Shown here one piece after another: positions 37,564 through 48,505 of a stretch of 64,000 nt of DNA; positions within the stretch are counted from its first letter, which is position 1; each line of letters starts with the position of its first letter. The notes beneath the pieces are model-generated. The model saw only the letters and a program-made list of their open reading frames with translations, had not been told where the DNA came from and did no database searches. Position numbers and translations under genes: made by a program. The DNA comes from Podospora anserina (Eukaryota): the NCBI GenBank assembly GCA_017654855.1, contig CM030336.1:248001-312000 (forward strand), given 5' to 3'.

Positions 37564-38299
37564 GATGATCGACTTGGGGATGGTGATAGACTTGAGAGAG
37601 TCAGGAAGAGTAATAGCTTGATCGCTCGGGAGAAAAAGCAGGCTTCTGCGAGTGAGAAAGGAGTCTGCGCGGAACAAGGGGAAAGGTCTGATCAAGAAGA
37701 CCGATTTGGCGGTTGCTCTCTATTTCACCAGTGTCAAGCAAGAACTGTAGTGGCAGGGGAAAGCTAGGATTGGTCCAAACTCCTAGCAGGGCACAAACGC
37801 TGCCTAGATTGCGAGGGTAGGTAGGTAACTGTCGGGGTCATGCCACCCTTAGGAGCCCTAGAATGCACCAAGTATATCGTTGGCAATAGAACTCTGCTGT
37901 CTGCTTTTTGAATTTCTTGTTCCCCGAAAATCATATGGCATCAAGTGCGATGGCAAAGCAAGCAACGAAATGAGCTCGGGGCCAGCAAACCTGAAGCGGG
38001 CCTGCTTTGAATGATTTGCCTGAATCTGTGTAGACAAAAGGGGCTTCTTGCCCAGCTAGCGTTTGAAGCTGTACACTCCAGTACCTCTCCGGCAATTCTA
38101 GACCTCCATTGACAGCTCCTTGCTTGATCGAGACCCCAGGGCTGGAAGATGGGCATTCGACATCCGGCTCAACCACTGCCTCCACAACCTGGCCTCCGCT
38201 ACCATGCACACCCTTTGGAATAACAACAAGCTCCACCACCCGCGTTCCAGAAGGAATCACCATTCGCAGTCTCCCTCGGCAGAGATGCGGGTTGCGCCT

Positions 38300-38826
38300 C
38301 TCAAATTTCCCTGCGGTGATCATAGTACATTTTGTATTCCTCGCAAACAGGACTGTTCTCGTCACGGGTCTGTGTTTTGCATTCAAAGGAGAAACCAGCG
38401 CTTCGCAGCTCTCGAACAAATGTCTTGCTGTCACCTTCCTTCTCATCCTGAGTTCAAAACGTCAGCCCTGAGCGCAACCAAACCGAAGAAAACCATCGTA
38501 GACTTACAAGGACGGGCGAACGCATTCCAAACTTCGTAGCAGAGACCGCTGTAGGTCACCGTCTTGGGGTCCCGCTGGAAAAAGATTGAGTAGAAGTAGT
38601 CGAAGACGACTTTGGTGCTCTCGACGAACTTTTTTGTTGGACTGGTCGGGCTCCAGTGTCCCATTCAGAGTGGCGCCGAGAAAGAGCCTGGCCATCGACT
38701 CGAGCGCTGTGGTGCTGATGTGTGGGCTCGCATCTCTCCACCATTGGTGTCGTCTGAGCACGCGGGTTTGAGGGCCTGACAAGCAGATAAGAGAGCAAGG
38801 AGATCTGTTTCGAGGATCGGATGCAT
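38300..38826 (-). pseudogene. Degenerate gene, paralog copy B
   Basis: Frameshifted fragments ARLFLGATLNGTLEPDQSNKK / FVESTKVVFDYFYSIF..TYSGLCYEVWNAFARP, a 60-nt intron, then ..VCEEYKMYYDH. Confidence 0.6.
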
Positions 38827-39364
38827 TTTGGCGACTCTTTGTTGTTGTCGAAATAGCGAAGGTACAAAGTGATACATCAAGAAAATATGACACAGAGCCT
38901 TGAGAACGAAAAAAACTTGGAAGTGGAATTACAGTGACTCACGACATTCGCAGTCGTGATGATTGGTTGGTGGTTGAAAACATCAAGCCAAGGCGGGCAG
39001 GGAAGGTTATTGACTTGCAGCCCTGTAGGTGGGCAAGCTGCACAAGTTTCTCCTGTCACTATCTTATCAAGAGCTCTCAGCTGCCCATAGACCTGTCCCC
39101 GGTAGTTGTCCGCGACCCAAGCTTCTGTCAAGAAGCTTGATATGATACTTTCATATGGACTTCCAATTAGACACCAATGATGTTCAGTTGAATACTTCGG
39201 AAACAGAGGTTTGAGGATGATTGGACTGGCTTGATTCTCTACCCCTCTGGCTATCTAAACACAATTCCCAGGTGATCATTGATCTATTCGCTATGTGTGA
39301 CAGTTCAGGATTACCTCCACTTTGTGCCTTACAATTCAGCTACAGGTCGCCATGCAAATCCACA

Positions 39365-40100
39365 CTAGATATCGATGTAGTATTCCGCATCTTGTACATG
39401 TCCAACAATGCCTAAGGAGGGCAGATCTTGATCTCGGCCCTGATGACCGAGCCATCCTTGGCAGCAATCCTTGCAAGTGAAACTGTCTCCCACCTCCCGG
39501 TGCTCCTCAACTGCCATCTCGATCTCTGCCAGGTAAAGTCGCTTGCCGTTGTGGTTTGCCTTTGAACCAACAGGTGGTCGTGTACACTCCCGCTTAGCGG
39601 GAGGGGGATCGTCGAGCATCGAAGTGTCAGGCGTCGGTCTTTTTTTCCCGGTAGCGGGAGCCTGAGAGATGGGAGCCGTGAAGGGATTGGGCATTGACGT
39701 TTTACTCTCAAGACCTTGGCGTCATTCATAGTACATTTTGTACTCCTCGGACCATCCTGTTTTGTCCAGCTTGAACGCGCCCTCTACAGCCAGATCCCCG
39801 AATGAAATGGGGAGCTTAGCGCCCGCCTAGACGAATGTTAACCGGATTGCTCACGAAGGCTGCGGCGCAACAAAGGTGACATACACTCCCGGTAGATGAC
39901 CTTCCAGACCTCCCAGTAAAACCATTCATATGAAAGTCTGTCTGGTACGGTCGGAGTAGGCTTGGTATTGTAGAGAGCTCGTCGCATACGGTCTTGGCGG
40001 CTACAGTGTAGAGCCGAAGCTGCTGCTGTGGATCAAGTCCGAACCTATGAACGGTTGTTTGAAAAGCAGATGTCAATAGGTGATTTGTTATTAGTGGTGT
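39365..40100 (-). pseudogene. Degenerate gene, paralog copy A
   Basis: Fragments SAFQTTVHRFGLDPQQQLRLYTVAAKTVCDELSTI / SYEWFYWEVWKVIYRE, a 58-nt intron, then WSEEYKMYYE* (in-frame TGA) continuing into MPNPFTAP... Confidence 0.6.
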
Positions 40101-40848
40101 GCCTTTCTTCTTGTCTAGTCCCTAAAGCAGACGACGGTCGTCCGTTTGAAATTGCTCCTTCCTCGGCATCACTTGAGAACTGTTCCCCTTTGAGAGCCTG
40201 GGCTGCTCCAGAAATTCATTTGATTGATCCCAACGTAAATGGCAGCCCACCAAACTCACAAATACGACTATCTTTTACGTGTTCCCATTTCAGACGATAT
40301 CTCTTACTGAAAACTACTGAGCATGTATCTCAGGCTACCTAGAGTCAGCCCCATGCTACATCGATATCAGACGAAGCGGTGTGCGATGTCGCCATCAGTT
40401 AAATTGGCACTGCTTGTTTTCCCTTTACTTGTTCGAACATCTCGTGATAGCGGGGCTCTAGGTCTAACGAGGGCTAGCTGTCCATCATAACCCCAGCCAT
40501 GGTTTCATCACCGCAACCTGACGCTGACGGACATCGGTGGGGCTTCTGATAGCAGCATTGATAAGGCTGTACCTCACGGAGTTTCTGGAAAGAAGGTATC
40601 ATCCCATCACACGCTAGCTATCAGCAAATCTGGCAAGTAACTAACCAGGGATGCCTCCCTGTTTTTTCGCGATGCTTACATGCAGCAACCGCATGTACAT
40701 GGCGATTTGACCATGCCCGGCCTTTCAAGGGGGGTACGGACACCTTATAAGAGCCCTCGCTCTCCCTCGTTCCTGGTGAAAATAGTACTTCTTCGGCATC
40801 TTGCTATTGGGACGCCAAAGAATTCAAGTTTACCAGTCCAACACTATA

Positions 40849-42182
40849 ATGGGCCAGCTTAGCGCCTCTACTGTGAGCTTGGGGTTGAGGTCACACGACA
40901 AACGGTCTCGCCATAATGTCTCAGACAGGTATTGGTGGTACGTCAGGGCCACGCCAAATTCCACGTTCTGTGCTTACTGAGCTGTCGTATGTGTTGGCTA
41001 ACTAGCAAAAGGTCCAGCAAAATTGGCTCCCATCTCATGCTGTTACTCACCAAAGCGGGATACACCCTCGATGCTCAAGCTGAGGCATTGTCTTTTCTCT
41101 ACCACACCGTCGCCCCTCGCCTTGGCCCGAAACCAACATCGCCAATCCCAAAGTGGCAAAGCTTTATGACTGACGACTTCACCCCATTCGAGTACAGCTG
41201 GAAGTGGGGACGAGGAGACAACCCGCCAGAGATCCGATACAGCATCGAGGCTATCTCACCTATTACAAACAACCCATCTGACCCTTTAAATCAAGCAGCG
41301 ACCTACGCCCTCCTATCACAGCTCCAGTCAATGACACCCGAGCTCGACCTCTCTCTGTTCCACCATTTTGTCACATGCTTTTTTGGCCCCCAAAGCCCTG
41401 TCCTGACCTCTACAAAAGCCACGCACCAGCAATCGTCTCTCTTTCTAGCCTTCGAACTGTCACGGAAAACTAGCCAAGATTCAACCAAGTGCTATTTTGT
41501 CCCTGTATCAACCCCGTCGAACAGCGCAGCCGAGCAAATTTCTTCGGCGATCAGGTCCTCCAGTTACCACTCACATCTCCCCGCCATCGATGAACTCGAA
41601 CAATTCTTTCGGCAAGACCAAGACGGCCGAACCATCAAGCCAATCATGCTTGGCATCGACTGTGTCGACGCCTCCGAATCCCGTCTCAAGATCTATGCTC
41701 GGTCCACGAGGACTTCGTTCGAGTTTGTGAGGCGAGTCATGTCCCTCGGGGGCCGACGCCGGGGAATGGAGAAGGAAGAGGGGCAATTGAAAGAGCTTTG
41801 GTGCCGGGTCTTGGGCCTGCCAAAAGATATGAACACGGAGGAAGAGTTGCCTTTTCGTGATCACCCTACCGCCGGTACCCTCTTCTACTTTGATGTTGGG
41901 CCAAAGGAGACGGTGCCAGATGTGAAAGTTTATATACCCGTGAGGCACTACTCAAAGAGCGATCAGCAGATTGTGAGTGGACTGACCAGCTTCATGGAGA
42001 AAAATGGGAGCAGAAGGTTCGTGGACTGTTACAAGGAGGCGATAGAGGGACTAGCTACCGAAGAGGGGATCGATGTAGGGACGGGAGTGCACACGTATGT
42101 TACTGCGGCGTATAAAAAGGGTGGGCTGGCTGTGACAAGTTACTTTAACCCACAGATGTATCACAGGGCAAGGTGGGCTTAA
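40849..42182 (+). CDS. DMATS-superfamily (ABBA) aromatic prenyltransferase
   Basis: Intron 40938-41011; motifs W.SFMTDDFTPFEYSW, IRYSIEAI, DPLNQ, GIDCV..SRLKIY, KVYIPVRHY, VTSYFNP. Confidence 0.92.
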
Positions 42183-42508
42183 TGTCAGCCTGGTTAATAC
42201 CTCGTTATTCGAGCTTTTTGTTTTTTTTGTTCTTCACCTTTTCTCAGGCATAGACTTCGCAGAGCAAGGTTTTATAGGAGGATAGAGTTATCCTTTCAAA
42301 AAATCTGAGACAGACGGCAATCAGACATGGCCCCTTGTAGGTACTTTTTTTTCAATATTCCAGCCCGAGTTCTGTTGTCTTCGACCAACAGCCTGCTCAT
42401 CTAACTCCTAATAGTGACGTCTTCCATAACCTGGTATCTACTTAACTCCTTAGAACAGTGAAGCCACCGCGCATCCTCACCTCCCAACGTTTTCCCCGTT
42501 CCCGAAAA

Positions 42509-43063
42509 TCACAAATCCTTCACCAACACCTTGAACCACAAGTCCTCCACCAGCGCCCTATTCTCCCCATCCATCTTGGCCAGCTCCTCATGCGGAAACT
42601 CCCTCCTCTCCTCCGTCACCGCGTACCCTCTCCTCACGTACCAATCAATCAGTTCCTTTCTTGTCCAGATAACCGTCATCTCCATCTTCTCCGCCCCGTG
42701 GCTCCTCGCATACTGCTCTGCGTTGGCCAGCACCTGCCTCCCTATCCCCCCGGCCTGAAGAGTGGGGTCGACGGCGAACATGCCGAAATACCCGATTTTC
42801 CGAGACGGCTTGAGAAGCACCTCGCAGCAGCCCACGAGGGCGTTTCCGAGGGTTGGGGAGAAGGCCATGATGACTGCGCTGTGGGGGGTGTTGATCTTTT
42901 CGACGATGCCGGCGACGTTGATGCGCGTGCCGACTAGGAGGTCGGCCTCGGTTGTCCAGCCTTTGCGACTTGTCTCGCCGCGGTAGGCGGATTGGACGAG
43001 AGGCTGGAGGAGGGGCGCATCTTCTGGGGTGGCGAGGCGGAAGGTGAGGGCTGCTTGGGACAT
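42509..43063 (-). CDS. GNAT N-acetyltransferase (bacterial-like SAYRG..GWTTEADLL subfamily)
   Basis: Intronless 184 aa; acetyl-CoA motif FAVDPTLQAGGIGRQVL; LIDWYVRRGY. Confidence 0.9.
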   Translation of the reverse strand: MSQAALTFRLATPEDAPLLQPLVQSAYRGETSRKGWTTEADLLVGTRINVAGIVEKINTPHSAVIMAFSPTLGNALVGCCEVLLKPSRKIGYFGMFAVDPTLQAGGIGRQVLANAEQYARSHGAEKMEMTVIWTRKELIDWYVRRGYAVTEERREFPHEELAKMDGENRALVEDLWFKVLVKDL

Positions 43064-43646
43064 TTTGGAAACAACGGAAGAGTTTGGTGGTGGGGGCGGT
43101 GTTTCTGGAGGACGGATTTGTGGAAGGAGTTGAGATGGGTTGCGGAAGGAGAGGAAGTGCTGGAAGAACTCTTGAACAGTTTAATTTGCGTGCTGATGTC
43201 TTTGAAGGGCGCAGTTGTCAATGTCAATTTTTTTTTTGTCATATGAGCGAGGTAGTTGTTGCCAGTTGGTTGAAATGTGAATGGATGAGTCAGGGTGGGA
43301 ATCTTCCGAGGCTCCGCCGACCGACTTGACCGACATTGGAGTCGAGGCATCTGGTCAAAACAAGAATCACCTGATGAAGTACCACACGATGTCTTGCTGC
43401 TACCCAGACCGCTTGGCTGATCTGTTTATGTTTACACTATCCAACAGAGTACCGAGGTCCAAAAAAACATTGGAAAAGGGGTTCAGGGGTAAGCAAGGGT
43501 TAGGGTCTATGTGGGCTTTTCCGGTATCGGAGGTTGTCGGTGGCAACCAGGTCTTGCCAGTCAAGTATCACGATGAGCAAAAGCAGATCCTGCGCTTTGA
43601 TAGAATCAGTTAGAAACGGCAAAATCAAAAGGTGAAAAAGTAAACA

Positions 43647-43656
43647 ATGATGCAAT
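43647..43656. promoter_or_regulatory. CYS-3/MetR-like bZIP site (ATGATGCAAT) upstream of the GNAT
   Basis: One mismatch to ATGRYRYCAT; reverse complement is ATTGCATCAT. Confidence 0.3.
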
Positions 43657-43697
43657 GAAATTGGTTGCGGCACATTGCGGAGTTTGACGGCCTCCAC

Positions 43698-45385
43698 TCA
43701 AGCCTGCCCCTCTTCCTCGGACTTATAAGGCGGATCTTCCTGGTACAGGTGGTACTTGTACCGACTGCCCTCATGATCATCTCTTAACCCATTTTGGCCC
43801 TTCCCATAAATCTTCTCCCTAGCCGTCACCGGTTCCTCACTCGGATCAGGCAGCTCAGGATAGACCCCCCTCCTCCTCAGCTCGGGAATTAACAAGTCCA
43901 CCACCTCTTCAAATGTCCCCGGTGTGGTCACATACCCAATGTTAAACCCGTCCACATCAGCCTCCTTGACCCACCGTTCCAGCTCATCCGCAACCGTCTG
44001 CGGGCTTCCCACGCTGACTGGGCCAAGCCCGCCGATTGCCGCGTGTTCAGCCACCAACCTCGGCGTCCATCTAGGGTGTTCCGTGCTGGCCGTGGTGAAG
44101 TTGTCGAGAATGCTCGTGACCTTGTGTGCCTCGACACTATCCTCCTTGCTTATCTCCTTGTCAAGCGGTAGCTTTGACAGGTCGATTCCTGTCCAGCCGC
44201 TCACCAGCACCAGACCTCCAATGGTGGAAGCATACTTCTTGAGTTCTTTCAACTTCTCTTGGGCGAGCTCATCTGTATCGGCAACAATGGGCGTGAAGGT
44301 GGCGAATACCTTGATGGATCTCGGATCACGGCCCTTTTGGGCGGCCAAGGCGCGGATGGCGTCGATCTTTGGCCTCAAGACTGAGGGTGAGTGACCAGAG
44401 ACAAAGATGGCTTCCGCGTGGGTGGCGGCAAAGTCGGAGCCTGCCGAGGAGGTGCCCGCTTGGAAGAGGAAGGGAGTGCGTTGAGGAGAGGGGTCAACGA
44501 TATGCTTCGCGTCGAGAGAGAAATATTTGCCTTTGTGGTTGATGGTGCGCACTTGGGCCGGGTCGACGTAGCTGTCGTTGGCTGGGTCTGGGGAGAGGGC
44601 GGTGGGGGACCACGAAGATTCCCATAGCCTGTGGACAGTGTTAGTTTGGGCAAATTATCACGACCCTAAGACAAGACGTACTTGTAAAGAACCCGGAGAT
44701 ATTCATCTGCTTGACGGTAGCGTTCGTCGTGTTCAATAGGATTGTCGAGGCCAATGGCCTTAAAGGCGGACTTCTTCCAAGACGTCACTATATTCCAACC
44801 GATACGACCCTGTGTGAAGTGATCCAGAGTCGAAAAGCGTTTGGCTAGAAGATAAGGTGGCTCAAAACTGGTCGAGGCTGTGATGGCAAACGACAAATTC
44901 TTGGTCACTGCTGCCATGGCTGAGATGGGCTGGAAATCCTGTCAATGGATGGTTCACAATCCCATGAAAAAAAAAAAAGAAATGGGAAAGACTGACAATT
45001 GTTGGGTCGGTTATTGGCCATTGTGCCGCTCGCCTGATGCAATTGTCAACGCTCCCTTCGTATGTGTCGTAGCCACCATATGTGTCGGCGAGGAACAGAG
45101 CGTTGACCCCTCCCCTCTCAAGAAGTTTGGCGAGTTCAATCCAGTAATCAAGCCTGCGCTTGGTTGCCGACTTGTCAACTGGATTCTGTTTCAGTTATCA
45201 GTACAGTGGTTCAAATCGCACAGTACATGCATAGCAGGGGTTTATCGTCGCACCTTCCATTGTCCTGGAGACAGGTGCCCGACAGTGCTCATATCGAAAG
45301 CATTGATGAGGATGTGTTTCTTGCCATTCCCAAGCTCATGATGAGCCCCGTTGGGGGCTGGTGGTTGTTGGTTTGTGTTCGACAT
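43698..45385 (-). CDS. FMNH2-dependent luciferase-like monooxygenase, DmoA/DszA/NtaA family (paralog 1, 499 aa)
   Basis: HILINAFDMSTVGHLSPGQWK; LFLADTYGGYD; AKRFSTLDHFTQGRIGWNIVTS; PSPQRTPFLFQAG; GWTGID; DVDGFNI. Introns 45253-45186, 44996-44930, 44681-44629. Confidence 0.92.
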
Positions 45386-45606
45386 TCTAACTTGTGATTT
45401 GTGGAAAGGAAGAGTGGAATGTGAAGAAGAGTAGTCGCAGCTTGAACCAACATGAGAGTCGGAGAGTCAAATGTTTATATATAGAGGCATATAATGAATC
45501 CAGAATGTCTTGTACCAAACCAGGGCCATTTGCATGAGGTACAAGGCTTGCCGGTTCGCAGCAGGGAGGGGTTTATCTCCGAATTCATGTTGTAATTCAC
45601 CGGCCG

Positions 45607-45616
45607 ATGGTGTCAT
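45607..45616. promoter_or_regulatory. CYS-3/MetR consensus site ATGGTGTCAT upstream of monooxygenase 1
   Basis: Exact ATGRYRYCAT match about 220 bp above the ATG, beyond a TATATATAAA box near 45474-45483. Confidence 0.5.
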
Positions 45617-45928
45617 GCATTGTCCCGGCAAACTGCAGCCACATTCCTGCCAATGATGAACCATCAGAATGGCGTCGTATTACGGATTGAAGACAAATTC
45701 TTAGCCTCATGCACACCGCGGTAGACCGGTCATCTCATCTTCAGCAATTACAAGGCCAGCAGAACCGAACAATCACCATGTCAGCCCAACTCCAGCATGA
45801 GACGTTTCAGTGGTGTTCTATTGTGGCAGACTGCAAAAAACCCAAAACGCTATGTTATGTGTGGAATAGCTTCAGAATAGATGGTATGCAAGACCATCCA
45901 ATAGAGAAAAAAAGAAATCAAAAAGATG

Positions 45929-46013
45929 TGCCCCCACGCGGGATTGAACCGCGGACCTCATCATGTCACAGAATGTTTACGAGTGATGCGCTCTACCACT
46001 GAGCTATACGGGC
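45929..46013 (-). tRNA. tRNA-Thr(CGT) with a 13-nt intron
   Basis: GCCCGTATAGCTCAGTGGTAGAGCGCATCACT-CGT-A[AACATTCTGTGAC]ATGATGAGGTCCGCGGTTCAATCCCGCGTGGGGGCA, followed by oligo-T terminators. Confidence 0.92.
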
Positions 46014-46099
46014 CTCTAGAACTAAGTTGATGGCAAGTTCAAATTTTCGGTTCATGACTCGACAAGGCTCACCACAAACTTCCCATTGTCAATGGCTAT

Positions 46100-47694
46100 T
46101 CACAATCCCTTGTCGTCGCTCTTCAAGCTCGGTGTTTCCGCTGACGACGCCCGCTCCTCCACGAACTCCACTTTGGAGGTGCCAAACTCGCGCACAACCA
46201 ACCAAGCCGGGAAGATGGCGATGGCCCACAGTCCAAAGTTAATGTAAACACCCCCAACCTCAGCAAAGACCACGAGCGAAGTGAGGCCGTAGCTGACAGC
46301 CTGCCACGCCGATTCGGTTCCCCGCAGAAGCGCGGCATAGCGGACCACCTCCGACTCATCTTTGGCCAAGTTGTGGATGATGAAGTACAGAAACATGTAG
46401 TTCAGCTGGAAGCCAACGGTCAAAAACACGAAAACACCGAAGCCCTCACCGAAGTTCCCGTCAACCCAGTCGAACGTTGGTCTGGTGACGCGATAGCGGG
46501 TGACAAGAACCGTCGCCCACGTCCACCAAGCGCCCTGCAGAACCACAATGACCCAGAAGCTGGAGCGAGCACGAGTCTTGAGAGCAATTCTTGTGCGATC
46601 AATCCAGGCCTATCATGATACGGCTGCTGTTAGCCTGATTGAACAAATTGAAGGTGGAACGAAGATGGAACTTACACCGAGTATCCACCCCGAAACAACA
46701 GCAATGATGCCAGACAAGAACGATCCCAAAGCACGAGATCGGACAGAGAACCACACTGTTTCCTGTTAGTTCTTTTTCCTCGCTGTCGACTGTCAAGACC
46801 AAACTTACTAGCAAGATAGGTGAAGTAGACTGCCTCTGCAAAGACAGCCTGCCCGATGAACAACACCATCAAGAGAAACTTCTTGCCCAAGAACAGTCTC
46901 GCCGTCTCCTTGAGCTCAAAGAGAGGACCGCGCGTGATGGCCAGCTCCACCTTCTTGCCATCTGTTCTCTCGACCTTGTCCGGTGCATTGAGCAAAAATC
47001 CGAAGAGGGGACCAGTGCACTGCATTGCAATAAACACCAGGAAGACTGTGTATGACACTTTGCCAGCCTCGCTGTTCTTGGCATTGAGACCAAGGTTGAT
47101 CGCACCGCCCAGAATCTGACCAGCCAGTCGATATGTCAGCCAGTAGCCGATAGCTTTGCCCCTGTTCCAAGGCTCTGGATAAGCAATGGCAATAGCAGCC
47201 TCGGCCATCCAAAACACACCGGCCGAGATACCGCAGAGCGCAGCACCCAACAAGACGAGCCATTCGGTCCCGAAGCGGTTATTGGTGTAAAGGCCCGCTG
47301 CATATGGCGCGTAACCGATCCTGCTCAGAGTCAGTCGTCAGAGTCCAACCGACAAAATCTCCGCCTTGCTATTCCCCAGGGCAACGCACGTTCCGAAAAT
47401 AAGAGCACCCTTGATCCCGACGTAGTGCACCAAAGTACTGGAGAAGTAGCACGATACCACCATGAGACAGAAAGTCAGAGCATTGGCTGCATTGATGAGC
47501 TGTGGTGAGGCAGCGCCGCCGGCCCCAAGCGAGTTCATGGCGCCCCAAATTCCCGGTGCCGCCAGATTGCACAAACCCAAAACGGTCATGTTCCAAAAGG
47601 TGGAACGGTACCATTTGACCGGATGCAATTCAGATTTGGGAGGCTCGGCTTCAACCTCATTGTGACGCGAGACGGTGTTGTCGTGGAAGGCCAT
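46100..47694 (-). CDS. MFS transporter, UNC-93-like (DUF895)
   Basis: WYRSTFWNMTVLGLCNLAAPGIWGAMNSLGAGG; GVFWMAEAAIAIAYPE; RYAALLRGTESAWQAVSYG; 2 introns. Confidence 0.85.
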
Positions 47695-48505
47695 TGTGCC
47701 TTGACTGTCTGGAAACAGACTTGCTGGAAGGCTCGGGGAGCAAAAACAGGAAATGGTAAGGGGTGATAACAAAAGATTCTTTCTGACATGGAAGTCTGGA
47801 TGACACCTGGGCAGTTTTATCTTTGCGCAACAGTTGCACGCACCTCGGTACTCACATATCCAGTTCTTCAGGAAAGCAATTAGCGGGTGCTGTTCAGTCT
47901 CGCTGAGGTAATCAGACCTCAGCGGTGAAAGGTAGGAGCTATAGTACCAGGAAGGAAGCCTTGGATCTTGAGCTGGACCGGTCTCGGCTTCTCTTGCGAA
48001 CAATGATCAATAAGCACGCAATGCTCCCGAGACGGCAAGGCAACCTCAACCCCCACACCCGGAAGCCTGGTAACTTGGCGATAGCGCCACCCGCGCCGTT
48101 GTGTCGTCTTGAACCCTTGTTCACAACCGGTCGTTATATCCGGTGAGCATGAGGACTCGGGCCCGGATTTACCTTCCACTTCTGGTTTTGACGTGTACCA
48201 GGCTTGCGGTAGGATTGGGCATGGTAAAGCCTGTGATGGTGACACAAGCAAGGTGATCCGGGCTAAAATGACGATATAATACCAGATCCGCGGAACCGAA
48301 TACGTTGAACATTGACGACCGGACACACCACGGCTACCTGGTAAGGTACCTTGGGTAGGTACCGAATTCTCCTGGGTGCGTACTATCGTCGGGAGCTCAC
48401 AGAACAATCCACCCCACACGAAAGAGGCCTTCTTTGACAGTAAATAATTGAACATTCATAGGTTTCAAATTTCTCGACAATCATGCAATTCATACTACGA
48501 GTAAT

